Below, one piece after another: positions 1 through 12,306 of a stretch of DNA of 42,893 nucleotides. Below the pieces are notes generated by a model that was given only the letters and a program-made list of their open reading frames with translations, had not been told where the DNA came from and made no database searches. Origin of the DNA: Fonticula-like sp. SCN 57-25. Its lineage: Eukaryota. The stretch lies in assembly GCA_001724245.1 (NCBI GenBank), contig MEDX01000024.1, positions 1 through 42,893 of the forward strand, written 5' to 3'. The position numbers and the translations under genes are program-made. Position 1 is the first letter of the stretch; each line of letters opens with the position of its first letter.

Positions 1-1116
1 ATCAAGGCGCTCGAGTTGAGTGAGCAGGCGGTGCCGCCAGAGCTCGTGGAGCTCGCAAACGGTACGGAAAATCTATTTGATATGTGCATTGGCGCTAACA
101 TGTGCGTTTTTGTGTATTTGATTTGGTTTTTGCCCTGCTTCGTGTTGTTTTTCAATGGTTTTTATCTATTTTTCGTGTTCTTCTTCTCTTGTTTTCCGCT
201 GTTTTCCATCCTTTTATGTGTGTTCCCCCTCTTTTCTCCCCCCACAGACTTCCGCGAACAAGTCCAGCAGGGCGCTGCCAAGCACCACGGCTCCGGCTTT
301 GGCGGCAAGGGCCTCGAGCGCATCGAGTGGGGCCGCGCGTCCGTCATCCAGAACCAGATGAAGGAATTCGTCGACGAGGAGACTGGCGAGCGGTCCGGCC
401 AGGCCGACGCCGCCGCGCGCGCAGAGGAGCTCGCTGCCAAGATCATCCGCGGCATCCAGCGCGACAAGGAAGGGTCGCCCGCGCCGACCGCCGCCGCCGC
501 CGACAATGCCGCTTTGCCCGGCACGCCGCCGGTCGAGCCCGCGTCGGGGTCTTCTGCTCCGTCTGCGCCGTCTGCGGCGCCGTCGGCTGCGGATCTTGCC
601 AAGGCGGCGGTGCTCGCCAAGCTGAATGCGATTAACCAAGAGGCGCTTCGCGAGGCGGCGACGCGCGGCAAAGGCCCGCTGCCCGCCGGCCTCGCGCGCA
701 CCGCCTCGCCCGCGCTCGCCGCCGGCGCCGCCGTCCCGCAGGGCGTTGTCGTGCAGGCGCCCGCCGGCAGCACGACCGCGCCGTTCTTTGCCGAGCTTGA
801 GATCAATGACTTTCCGCAGGCGGCGCGCTGGAAGGTCACGAGCAAGGAGAGCATCTCGCAGCTCACAGAGGACACGGGCGCGTCGCTCACCACGCGCGGC
901 ACGTTTGTGCCGCAGGGCGGCAAGCTCAAGGACGGGCAGCGGAAGCTGTTTTTGGTTATTGAGGGGTCGAGCGAGCAGATCGTGCAGCACGCGCTCGAGG
1001 AGGTGAAGCGGCTGCTGACAGAGGGTACGGTGCAGGCGATCGAGCGGGGGCAGATTCAGACGTCGCAGGCGCCGGGTGGAAAGTACCAGGTGCTCTCGCT
1101 CGAGTACAAGAGGTGA
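1..1116 (+). CDS. DDX46: DEAD-box splicing helicase Prp5/DDX46, 3' part with C-terminal KH-like domain (5'-truncated)
   Basis: Spliced read IKALELSEQAVPPEL...GSGFGGKGL...ELEINDFPQAARWKVT...RGTF...RKLFLVIEG matches the Prp5/DDX46 C-terminus. Intron 62-247 (GTACGG..CAG). Confidence 0.9.
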   Translation: MKALELSEQAVPPELVELANGTENLFDMCIGANMCVFVYLIWFLPCFVLFFNGFYLFFVFFFSCFPLFSILLCVFPLFSPPTDFREQVQQGAAKHHGSGFGGKGLERIEWGRASVIQNQMKEFVDEETGERSGQADAAARAEELAAKIIRGIQRDKEGSPAPTAAAADNAALPGTPPVEPASGSSAPSAPSAAPSAADLAKAAVLAKLNAINQEALREAATRGKGPLPAGLARTASPALAAGAAVPQGVVVQAPAGSTTAPFFAELEINDFPQAARWKVTSKESISQLTEDTGASLTTRGTFVPQGGKLKDGQRKLFLVIEGSSEQIVQHALEEVKRLLTEGTVQAIERGQIQTSQAPGGKYQVLSLEYKR

Positions 1117-1353
1117 AAATGATGAAAATAATGTACCTTGATTATAAATGCATATCTGTTTCGCAGTGAAAATTGACAATGCTCAGAGTAAAAGCATCAT
1201 ATTACATGTATGTCGTTGCTGGCCGTACCAATATACGATACTTATACCTTCATGCAGCACACATAGCACTACTATACGCTTCACGCCTTGCACAGCATTG
1301 CACAGGGACCACTTCGATCAAAGATCAACAATCGTCCACGTGGCCGATGCAGG

Positions 1354-3262
1354 ATGGACAGGTTGCATGCCGACGAGGAGGAGGACGATGAGGTGGCCGT
1401 CAGCGAGGAGGTGCGCGCGTTTACCTGCGGAAAAGGCGGTTGAATGCATGCTAATGCTGGTTGTTTGGGTGGGTAGTATCCGATGATGGGATCGGTGCCG
1501 ACGGAAGGACCGCTCGGGTACCTCGAGTCGGACGAGGAGCGCGTACGTCGAATATGAACGTGTCACGGAATCGTTGCTAATCATACCCGCCAATGCTACA
1601 GAGAAAGAGGAAACGTTCGATAAATGTGACAGTACTACTGTCATATATCGGCAGCGTTGTGTTTAGCGTGACGCTGCCTTCTCTGGCGCTTTATCTCGCG
1701 TCGTTCTCGACCGAAATGGCCGTCGGCGCCGACAACTTTTTCGGCATCGTGATGGCGGTCTTTTCGCTTGGCCAGCTCGTCACAAGTCCCTTTGTCGGCT
1801 GGTGGTGCGCGTTCCATTCAGCTCTATTCATTCTTGCTAAGCGAGCTCCATTGCAGGTTTAACCGCTCGAGCGCGCGCGCTCCATTTATCCTATGCATGC
1901 TCCTGCTGATGGGAGGCAGCCTCCTGTACGCTCTCGCCCGTGATCCGTACACGGTGCTCGCGTCTCGCTTCATTGTCGGTTGCAGCTTCAGCGTCGTGAC
2001 CGTCGCGCTCGCGTACACGTCGCTTGCGACGACCGACGCCGAGCGGCCCGCCACCGTGTCGCTTCACTCGGCAGCGCAGGCGCTCGGCTTTGTGACCGGG
2101 CCCATCATTGGCGCCGCCATGTCACTCGTGGAGTTTAACGTCGGCTTGGTCGCCGTGAACCAGTTTACTGCGCCGGGCTTTATTTCGTGCGTGTTTGGCC
2201 TTGCTGGGCTGTGCGCGCTGGCGTTCTTTGACGAGTTCCGGCCTACGGCGGCGCCGCAGGGCGGCGTCGGAAGCCCGCGGTCGTTCCCGATCAATGAATA
2301 TTTTACGCCAAAACTCGCCGACGGAGCGTTCAAGCTGTATGAAAAGTGGTCATTGGCGGTCGTAATTGTTGTCTTTTTCATCATTTCAAACGTGTTTGCC
2401 GTGTTTGAGACGGTCGCCGCGCCGTTCCTGATCGACAACTATGGATTTGGCGTCCAGGAGATTGGGTTTTTCTTTTGCGGATGCGCCGCCATCGCAGTCT
2501 GTGGTACGCCATTGATACTCTATTGCGCGTTTTTGTTATGCTACTTTTTGTCTGAACGCTTTATCAGGTCTTGTTGCTAGTCGTCCGCTAGGCCGCCGCT
2601 TCCCAACGCGAGTTCTCCTCCTGCTGAGCACGGTGCTCCTCTCCGCCGGCCCCATTGGCCTCGCCGCGCTCGGCGTCGTTCCCGTTCCCCTCGCACGCTA
2701 CCTCTGCTTCTCCGCTGTCCTGTCGGCCGGCTTTCCCCTCTCGCAGAGTTTTTGCCTTTCTTTGGCCGCGCGCATCCTCGGCCCTACCTCGCAGGTCGCG
2801 CTGATGCGCTACGTCACGTCTGCCGGCAGCCTCGCGCGCGTGCTCGGCCCGCTCTGGGGCATGGCTCTGTTTGGCCTCGACGTAAGCGGCCGCGTCGTCT
2901 ACATTTCCCTCTTTGCCGTCGCGCTCGCCGCGCCGCTCCTCGTTGCCGCCGCGTGGCGCAAACTCGCCCCGAGCGCGGTCTACTTTCCGGCTGGGCCGAC
3001 ATCGGGGGACGACACCGGGCTCGGCGACGCTCTGCCGGACGACGACGAGGAGGACCTTGACATGCAGTACTCGGAGGACGAGGAAGACGCGGTCGAGGTG
3101 GACGTTGACGACGATGCCGGCGGCACGGGATCGGCATCGTCAACATCGCTCACGAGGATGTCACCCGCGGCGAGATTCGGCAGTGGCATCAGCGCAGGGA
3201 GGAGATCGCCCGCGCCTCCGTCGCCTCTGCGCCCGTCCACATGGAGTGTCAGCGAGACATGA
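1354..3262 (+). CDS. Major facilitator superfamily transporter (MFSD8/CLN7-like) with acidic C-terminal tail
   Basis: Five exons (introns start ~1411, 1543, 1805, 2504). Many TM segments, with motifs SRFIVG, ALGFVTGPIIG and GSLARVLGP. Confidence 0.85.
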
Positions 3263-3549
3263 CGAGTTTTCAGTTTGCATTGCGTCGCCGCTGCGTCCGT
3301 CCGAGCGTCAGCGCAATGATTGCAAGTTTGCATTGGTATATGTGTACAGTATCGTTTCGTTTTACATGGCATTTGCGGGGGCTGGCTGGGGCCATACAAC
3401 CCGCGCGCTTCTTTATTGTTAATGTTAATTAATTGACCGCCTTACCCGCCGTCTGGCTTGCTCAATTAATCCCGCCCTTGGCGCGCTGACGCCAACCCCT
3501 GGCAATGAAAGGTCCAATTGCGCACAAATCGGTTCACATTGATGACGTC

Positions 3550-5274
3550 ATGTCCCGCTCGAGGCGCCGGTTTGATGTTGTGGTGCTAGGCGCGACGGGT
3601 TACACCGGCCAGTTGGTCGCGCACTACCTCGCGCAGCGGTCGGGCATGAGCTCGGTTCGGTGCGCGCGCTTAACCGCGGATGAGGCGTCTCAAACAAGTG
3701 CTAACATGCGGATTACGCTTGCAGCTGGGCCATCGCCGGCCGTAATGCAAAGACGCTCGCGGATGTACGCGACGCCTGCGCGATCCTGAATAGCGAGCAT
3801 GTGTCGCTTCCTATTCTTACTATAAACGTCTCCAACACGAGGTGCGCGCTTTCTCTCTTTTCCTTTTCTCCCTTGATTTGCTGACTGGAGGTCAATCTTT
3901 GCACAGCTCGCTTGATGAGCTTGCTCGCTCGACGAGCGTGGTGATCAACTGCGCGGGCCCCTTTGCCGTCACTGGCGAGCCTGTCATCGGCGCGTGCATT
4001 CGCCACGGCGCGCACTACCTTGATCTCACTGGCGAGTGGCCGTACTGGGACACGATTGTGCGCAAGTACGATGCCGCCGCTCGCAAGGCCGGTGTTGCGG
4101 TCGTCCCCGCCTGCGGCCTCGACTGCATCCCGAGCGACCTCGCCGTCTTCCACGCCCTCTCCAGCGGACCGTCGGGCGTTGTCTCGGACGCTTCCTCTGT
4201 CGAATTCTTCTTTGACATGGACGTCAAGCCGTCAGCGGGCACTGTTAAATCGTGCGCGATTGCTCGACTGCTTACAGTAAAACTCACGGGGCTATTACAG
4301 CATCATTGGCATTATCAAGTCGCTGTCGCTGAGCAGCAATTTGGGCACGCTTGCCGCGTGGTACGGCCCCCTTTCGCTGTCGTCCATCAAGGGCGCCGTC
4401 CAGAGGTGCGTTCATTCTGCTGTTTTTCTTTTTTTTGACGCCCCTTGCAGCGTGATGAATGCCGGCACGACCATGCCGCGCGCACTTCCGCTTCCCCACT
4501 ACAACGCCGACTGCGGCGGCTGGGCGCTTCCCTTCTTTGGCCTCGAGACGCGCGTGATCCGCCGCTCGAGCGAGCGCCTGCACGTGCAGGATGACGAGTA
4601 CCCCGTCGGCTTCTCGCTCGGCCAGTATGTCGTCGTCAGGAAGCACGCGTGGCTCGCTGTGCCGCTGTACCTTCTCGCCATGTTTGTCCTGCTGCCGCTT
4701 TTCTATGTCTTTTTGCGCACCGTTCCGTTCGCCGAGCGCATTGCCTGCGCCGCAGTCGACTTTGCCATCGCCGACGGCGGCCCGACGCTCGCGCAGCGCG
4801 AGGCGGCCACCTTTGCCGTGAACGCCGTCGTCCGCGACGCCACCGGAAAGGTACGCGCCCGCAGCGTCGCAAAGTGCGACACGGACCCGGGCTACGGCAG
4901 CACGGCCAAGTGGATCGCCGAGATTGGCCTGATGCTCGCGGCGGACGCGGCGAGCGACAGCGGCGCCGCGGTTGCGGACGCTGACGAGGAGGAGGTGGAG
5001 GAGGCGGAGGTGGCCGCGCCGGGTCAGAAGCCGGTCACGCACAAGCAGAAGCGGCTCCAGCGCAAGCAGAAGAAGGGAACTGAAGGCAAGCACGCGCACG
5101 CGGGCGAAGATGGCGTCCTGCCTCTCTCGGAAAGGGTGCGTTTGTTTTGTCAATTTTAGCATGTCAACTAACAGGATTTCGTGCTAGGCGGGTGTTACGA
5201 CGACGGCGTGCGTCGGTGGAAAGAGGCTCTTTAGCCGCCTGCCAAACCTCAGCGTGTCGACTGCGTCGGCGTAA
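3550..5274 (+). CDS. Saccharopine dehydrogenase-like oxidoreductase (SCCPDH family)
   Basis: Rossmann motif FDVVVLGATGYTG, then WAIAGRN, VVINCAGPF, HYLDLTGE, CGLDCIPSDL and DPGYGSTA. Five introns. Alternative start at 3505. Confidence 0.88.
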
Positions 5275-5348
5275 GCCGCGAAGACGGCCGGAGAAGAGGT
5301 TGAATTTGTTGTTTGTTAGCGAAATATCAAAAGTATCCCATATATACG

Positions 5349-5398
5349 TTCTTTATTGTCATCATCCTCATCAACCTCATCATCATGATCATCATCAC
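5349..5398. repeat. Imperfect (CAT)n microsatellite between convergent 3' ends
   Basis: tcatcatcctcatcaacctcatcatcatgatcatcatcac. Confidence 0.7.
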
Positions 5399-5466
5399 AA
5401 AGAAATAGTGCATGTACAAAAGTGGACACGAAAACGTCAAAGCAAAAGAGAAAAGAGCGGCGCCGA

Positions 5467-7817
5467 TCAATGCATGGTAAACTTTTTCTTCGCGGCCTTT
5501 TTCGGCGTCTTCTTCTCCTCACCGTCGCTGTCGCTGTCGCCGTCGGCAGCCGCCTTTGTCTTTCTCCTGCGCTTCGAGTGCGACAGCGCGTCCAGCACGT
5601 CCTTCATGACGTCATCATTGTGCGCGGGCGCGGCGGGCGCCTCTGCCTCCTCCTCCTCCTCTTCCTTGGGCGCGGCCGCCGCGGCCGTCCTGTCGCGCTT
5701 GCGCCTCTGCTTGAAGAGCGACTCGATTTCGAGCGCGGACGTCGCGCTCTCCTCGGGCCGCTTTTCGCCGTCGAGCGTGAGCGCGCGCGCCGCCTCGTCG
5801 TCGTCGTCGGCCTTGGCGGGCTTGGCCTTCTTCCCTTTTGCCTTTGGCGTGGCGATGGCGCCGCCCGCTGACGAAAAGCCGAGCGCGGTCATGTTGTCGT
5901 CGCGCTCGGCGCGCAACTGCGCGATGGCGGCCTCGGCGGGCGTGCTGCCGGCCGGCACCGCCGCGTCGCCGCTGCCGATAATGTCGGCAAACATGTCCTT
6001 CTTGCGCGCGATGGAGCGCTCGCGGTCGACCCAGTCTTCGCGCTTGGCCTTGTACGCGTCGACCTTGCAGTTGCGCAGCGCAATGCGGCCGTACGTCGAG
6101 TCGCGGAGAATGCCTTCGCGGGCAAGCAGCTCCTCGGCAATGGTCTCGCGCATCGCAACGTCGGCGTGAAGCCAGGCGCTGTCGAGCGTGTGGCTGCCAA
6201 ACTTGTCCTGAGCAAGCTCGCCAAAGTGGCCCTTCAAAAGAGCAATCACGCGCTGCTTGAGGGGAAGCGACGCGGCAGAGGCGAGGCACGCCTCAATGAT
6301 GCGGCTGGCCGAGGCGTCCTTGCTCCAGCGGACGAGCTCGGTGGGGGCGCACGCGGCGAGGCTGTCGGCGACGACCTTGCACTCGGCCTCGGGGAAGCGC
6401 AGAAGGGCCTGGGCAATGAGCGAGCCAACGCGGGATGGTGGGGGGACGTCCTCGCGCAGTTGCTAGATGAGGCGTCAGTAACAAGAAGAAAGACCAAAAC
6501 ACTAAAAAAAATACGTACGTCAAATGGCGTCATGTAGGCGAGGAGTCGGACGAGCTGTTTGCGCTCGTGGTTGCCCTGGGCACGAAGCGCCTTGCAGACG
6601 AGCTGCAGGAGCGACTTGTGCTGCGCATGAACGCGCCACGCTGCGACGAGCATACTGAGCACGACGAGCCCCCGCTGGTTGTTCATGAGGCTGTCAAAGT
6701 GCGGCCTGAGTTCGTCGAGGATGAGCTCGAGGTGCTGCGGCCGCTTTGCCGAGCAGATGAGCGTCGACACGACGTGGTTTGCAAAGCGGTCCGTGACGAG
6801 CTGCGCGAGCTTGCCGCGGAAAACGGCCTGGAAGATGGCGAACCAGATCTCTGGCGGCGCCATTTCGACAATCTTTTCAAGCAGGTGGCTGCCGACCTCG
6901 TGGGACGCCATGGCGGCGAGCACGCCGGCCGACTCGTCGGCGAGCTGGCCATTGATGAGCGGGCCGAGAAGGCGGGCGAGCACCATGTCCAACAGCGACT
7001 TGCGCTTCTTGCCGACGACGAGGAAGAGCTGCACGAGCGAGCACGCCTTGTGGTCGCTGCACATGCCGTCGAGCTCCTCGTCCGTCGCATCCTCAATCAT
7101 GGCGGCGGCGAGGGCGTCAAGCTCGGCGCCAAAGGAGGCGGGGAGATTGGGGTCGGCGGGTGCCGGCTTGTCCGCCTCAGCAAGCAGGCGCGACGGAAGG
7201 TCAAGCTGGCGCGTGCGCGGTGCCATCGTGTCGACGTGAAGGCCGGCAAGAACATTGACGAGCGTGCGCATCACGGGGCCGCCGGTGGGGTCAAAGCACA
7301 GATCGTGGACCGAGGCGCGGAAAGCCTTGGACATTGACAGAAGGATGTTTTCAAAGCTGTCGGGAAGGTCAGTAATACCGGCCTCCATCTCGCGCGCGAT
7401 GGCTGCGGGGCACGCGCGCAGGAACGACTGAAGGACGTGCGAGCCGTTCACGTGGACCGACAGGGCAGCGAGGTCCTTCTCGAGGAGACGGCCCATGGAG
7501 CGCAGCTGCTCATCGGTCGAGTGAGAAAGAAGCTTCTGGACAACGCGGCTGCTCGTTCCTTCGCGGAACACGCCGGGCTTGTCGGCGATCTCGCGGAGTC
7601 CGTTGCCGACAAGCGCCTCGCGCTCGTCAGCGTCTAGCTCGGCCAACTTGGCATTGTCGAGGGATTCCGCAAGAGTGGTAAGATACTTGATAGTAGCCGC
7701 GTCCACGCGGGGAGCACGAGCAATTGATTCGCTATCGCCGCTATCGCGCCCCGCGCCGCCTTCGCTGCGGCCGCCACGACCGCCTCCGCGGCCCCCTCGA
7801 TGGCCGCCACGCTGCAT
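5467..7817 (-). CDS. NOP9: Nucleolar protein 9 (Pumilio-repeat 18S rRNA processing factor)
   Basis: N-terminal RGG, PUF-like repeats (SRVVQKLL, GSHVLQSFL, GSHLLEKIV, ANHVVS, FGSHTLD) and a basic/acidic tail. One intron at ~6465-6517 joins the two ORF-track pieces. Confidence 0.85.
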
Positions 7818-7924
7818 TGTCTAGATGACCACGTGGATTAGAACGAATGGTGTGTCATCGTGCAAACTTGCCATCAGTTTGCGGTCGCTGGTTCCACGTG
7901 TGTGGCAAGTAGGTGCACGCTGCA

Positions 7925-10900
7925 ATGCCGTTCTCGTACAAGGTACGGGCGCGAGCCCCGCGCGCTTTTCTCTGCACAGGAGATGTTTCTGACGCACTGG
8001 ACCGTGTTGCTTTGCTTAGTTTTCGAATTTGTGCGGAACCGTCTACAAGCGCGGCAATCTCGTGTTCACGCCCGATGGCAACCGTCTCTTGAGTCCGGTT
8101 GGCAATCGCGTCACCCTTTTCGACCTCGTACAGTGCGTGCACGCAGACCCACCCTGCCCTGTTGCTCAGTTGCCTGATGTGTTAATAGCAACAAGACTGT
8201 TACGCTCAATTTTGAAAATCGCAACAATATCGACTGCATCGCGCTGTCACCGAACGGCGCGATCCTCGTGTCAGTCGATGAGGGTGCGACCGCCTTGATG
8301 AGCACAAAGGTCTCTTGCTCACCTTTCCCACAGAGGGTCGCGCGCTTCTTGTCAACCTGAACCGCCGCGTCGTTCTTCACCACTTCAATTTCAAGGAAAA
8401 GGTTGATCATTTGGTATTCTCGCCCGACGGCCGGTACCTTGCCGCGACGCACGGCAAGCTTGTCCAGGTGTGGCGCGCGCCCGGCCTCCACCACGAGTTT
8501 GCTCCGTTTGTCATCCACCGCACGTATGGCGGTCATCACGCCGACGTGTTGCGGATCCAGTGGTCGCCAGACAGCCAGTACGTCGTCGCGTTCTGTATAT
8601 TACAGCCTCTGACGACGACCCTTTTTTAGGTATTTCCTCGCTTCGAGCAAGGATCTGAGCTGCCGCCTGTTCTCGCTTGATCCCGAGGAGGGCTTTTCGC
8701 CGTTCACCTTCACCGGCCACAAGGACTATGTGCTGGGCGCCTTCTTCTCGCGCGACCTCAAGCACATTTTTTCGGTGAGCCGCGACGGGGGCGTGTTTGT
8801 GTGGACCCCCGTGCCGCACGGCGCCAAGCGCGCGCGCGAGGATGATGATGAGGAGCCCTCTGATGAGCCGACGAAGCGCCGCCCCGCCGGCGTGTTTGCG
8901 AATGTGACGTGGACGCTGTCGCAGCGCCACTTTGTGAACCAGCCCTTTTCCAAGGTGACGTCGGTCGACTTTCACGTGCCTTCTGGCGTGCTCGCCGTCG
9001 GCCTCTCGACGGGCCTCTTTTGCCTCTACGAGCTGCCCGACTTTGCCGCCGTGCACACGCTGAGCATCTCGCAGCAGGCGGTGTCGTCCGTCTCGTTCAA
9101 CGCCGACGGCCAGTGGCTCGCGCTCGGCGTTCGCGGCGCCGGCCAGCTCATTGTCTGGGAGTGGCAGTCGGAGAGCTACGTGTTCCGCCAGCAGGGCCAC
9201 CTCTCGTCGCCGCCGACGTGCCTCGCGTACACGACCGACGGCGCGCACGTGGCGACCGGCGGCGCCGACGCCAAGATCAAGCTGTGGAGCACGCGCGACG
9301 CTTCGGCCGTCGTGACGTGGACAGAGCACTCGGCCGAGGTGACCGACCTCGCGTTCGCCAAGGGAGGCCAGGTGCTCTTTTCGTGCTCGCTGGACGGCAC
9401 GGTGCGCGCGTTCGACCTCGTTCGCTACCGCAACTTCCGCACATTTGTCGCGCCGTCATCTGTTCAGTTCAACTGCATTGCTGTTGATCAGAGCGGTGAG
9501 ATTGTCTGCGCTGGGTCGCGCGATACGTACGACGTGTACGTCTGGAACGTCCAGAACGGGAGGCTGCTCGATGTGCTCTCGGGGCACCAGGGGCCGATCG
9601 TGAGCATTGTCTTTTCGCCGTCGGAGCCAAGCGTCATCGCCACCGGCTCGTGGGACAAGACGTGCGTCTTTTGTTGTGGCTTTTTTGGCCTTGTTTTTGA
9701 CCTATTTTTTTTTATTTCCCCTTTTACTAACCCTTTTCCCTCAGTGTTCGCTTCTGGGATGTGTTTAGCGGCGTTCGTTCGCGCGATGTTCTCGCGCACT
9801 CTTCCGACGTTCTCGGCGTTGCGTACCGCCCCGACGGCGAGCAGCTTGCCGTCGCCACGCTCGACGGCTCCATCTCGCTGTGGGACACGCGCGAGGGCAC
9901 GCAGACGGGCTCTATTGAGGGCCGCAAGGACATTTCTGGCGGCCGCAGTGCCGCCGACCGTGTGAGCGCCGCCAACAACCCGGCGTCAAAGTACTTTACG
10001 TCGCTGTGCTACTCTGCCGACGGGCGGTGCCTGCTCGCGAGCGGCGCCTCTCGCTGGGTCTGTATTTATGACGTACGTATAGCGTTTTTTGTGCCTTTTC
10101 CGTGCCATTTTCTGACCGTCGTTTTCGCAGGCCGGTACGAGGAGCCTTCTTCGCAAGTACCAGCTGAGCAAGAACCGCTCTCTTGACGGCGTCGTTGACC
10201 AGCTCAACTCGAAGCAGCTGACGGACGCCGGCCCGCTCGAGCTGATTGACGACGACGAGGACTCTGCCGACGAGGAAGAGTCGCGCATGCGCCGCAACAA
10301 GTCGCTGCCCGGCGCGCAGGGCGCCGACTTTTCGTCGCGCCGCGTTCGCCCGACGGTGCGCTCGTACGGCGTCCGCTTCTCGCCGACGAACCGCTCCTTT
10401 GCGGCGGCGGCCACTGAAGGTCTTTTGATCTACTCAATGGACGACGACCTTGTGTTTGACCCGACCGACCTTGACCTCGACGTGACGCCCGACAACGTGC
10501 GCATGCTGCTGAGCCAGGGCGACTATCTGCGCGCGCTCGTCATGGCGGTGCGTCTCAACGAGGACGAGCTCATCGCCCTCGCGTACGCCGCCACGCCCGC
10601 CGAGAGCATCGAGCTCGTTTCGCGCTCGTTCCCCGACGGCTACGTCGTCCGCCTCATCACGTTCATTGCCGCGCACTGGGACGCGTCGCCGCACGTCGAG
10701 TTCCAGCTCTTGTGGGTGCGCGCGCTGCTGCGCCTGCACGGTGCCAAGCTGCGCGCCGCGCTCGCCACAATGTCGGCCACGCTCCCGTCGCTCAGGTCGC
10801 TCCACCGCGCCATCCTCGCCAATACAGAGACGCTCACAAAGGTGACCGACGACAACGTGTACCTTACACAGTACTTGTTGATGTCGTCGCGTCGCCCGGC

Positions 10901-10931
10901 GCCCGTCCAGAGCGCCGCCGCCAACGAGTAA
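7925..10931 (+). CDS. PWP2: Periodic tryptophan protein 2 (Utp1), WD40 SSU processome subunit
   Basis: MPFSYK|FSNLCGTVYKRGN, LLSPVGNRV, VWEWQSESYV, DGTVRAFDLVRYRNFRTF, AAATEGLLIYS, FDPTDLD. Six introns. Confidence 0.95.
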
Positions 10932-11159
10932 GCAGTTAGCAGCAGCGCCTGGCGCTATCTTGTACAGTCTTTTTTTACTTTTGTCTCTCAATGTATCCAT
11001 ACTTGATATGCCACTGCTGCGTTTCCATGCATTTCCCGCCACAAACCGCGCAGTCCGGGGCAGATTCACCCACCACGTAGCACAATCCAGGGCAGATTCG
11101 TACCCGCTGACGCATAGTTTGGGGCAGATTCGCATCCAGCTGATCGCCCATCGCCGAGG

Positions 11160-12026
11160 ATGTCGCAGTCGGTCGACGAATGGCTGGCCAGCGGGGCGTC
11201 CGAGCACCTCGCGGGCCTCGTTCGCGCGTCACTAGCGTCTATTGAGGAGGCAATTGACAGATATGGGTGCGCTTGGTGGTCTCGATTCATTGCCCATACT
11301 GATGCTGCGCAGCACTGAGGACTTGGTCATCAGCTTTAATGGCGGCAAGGATTGCACCGTGCTGCTGCATCTCTACGCGGCCGTCCTTGCGCGCCGCTCG
11401 CGAGGCGACGCCCCTGGCGTGTACTCATTATCCGTTTCCTCTCTCCCTGGCGCGCTCTCGCACGACATCCCCGCCGTTTATATATTCCAGCCAGATCCCT
11501 TTGATGAGGTTGAGCGGTTTATCGCAACGAGCGCCGATCTCTACCGCCTCGGCATCACGCGCGTGAGCACCGCCGGCGTCAAGGAGGGATTCCAGGCGTT
11601 CAAGGAGATCCGGCCGAGTGTGAGCGCAATTCTCGTTGGCGTCCGCAGAACGGACCCCTTTTCCTGTGCGCAAAGCTCTTTCTCTCTGACAGTAGCTGAC
11701 CCCATCGGCATCCCGCAGCAAATTTGTCAGTTTTTTCGCCGACGGACGCCAACTGGCCGCAGTTCATGCGTGTGAACCCGATTCTCGAGTGGACGTTTAC
11801 TGACGTGTGGGGCTTTCTGCGCGGGCTGGGCGTGCCGTACTGCTCGCTTTACGACGACGGCTACACGTCGCTCGGGTCGGTGCACAACACGTTCCGCAAC
11901 CCGCACCTCGCAAATGAGAGCGTGCCGGGCGGGTACGAGCCGGCATACAAGCTCACGCAGTGTATGAGCGAGCGCGATGGGCGGGGGACGCCGCAGGCGC
12001 AGAAACCAAAGGGCAGCGGTTCATGA
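11160..12026 (+). CDS. FAD1: FAD synthase (PAPS-reductase family, Fad1-like)
   Basis: [28 protein letters not shown] and [13 protein letters not shown]. Two GTGCGC introns (11267-11312 and ~11666-11718). Confidence 0.9.
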
Positions 12027-12306
12027 CGTTGAGACTGTTAAAAGTGGCCGCCAGTACGGTACATGTGTAGAAAAGTGTTTCCATAATGGATAATTTTAAT
12101 AATAATGCATTTATGACTGCCTTATTGACACACTCATGAAAGTGTTCAGTATCACATTCTGCGGCTAATAATATGATATATTCATACAGGATAACGTGAT
12201 GAGCTATCCACGGGCACGAGAAAAAGGGTACAAAATGGCAAGGTAATCATAAAAATCATAATAATATTTGGCGAGCGCACAAATGAAACGTCTCTCCGTT
12301 TGCGTC

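Noticed and set aside
62-247. Apparent transmembrane Phe/Leu-rich segments in ORF-track proteins (also ~9662-9744, 32328-32440)
   Set aside because: They are translated T-rich introns.
5147-6169. 340-aa and other long overlapping ORFs opposite real genes
   Set aside because: Shadow ORFs of GC-rich coding sequence, here antisense to NOP9.
11058-11131. CRISPR-like repeat-spacer pattern
   Set aside because: Repeats are only 10 bp in 3 copies, in a eukaryotic promoter with no cas genes. Kept as a regulatory motif instead.
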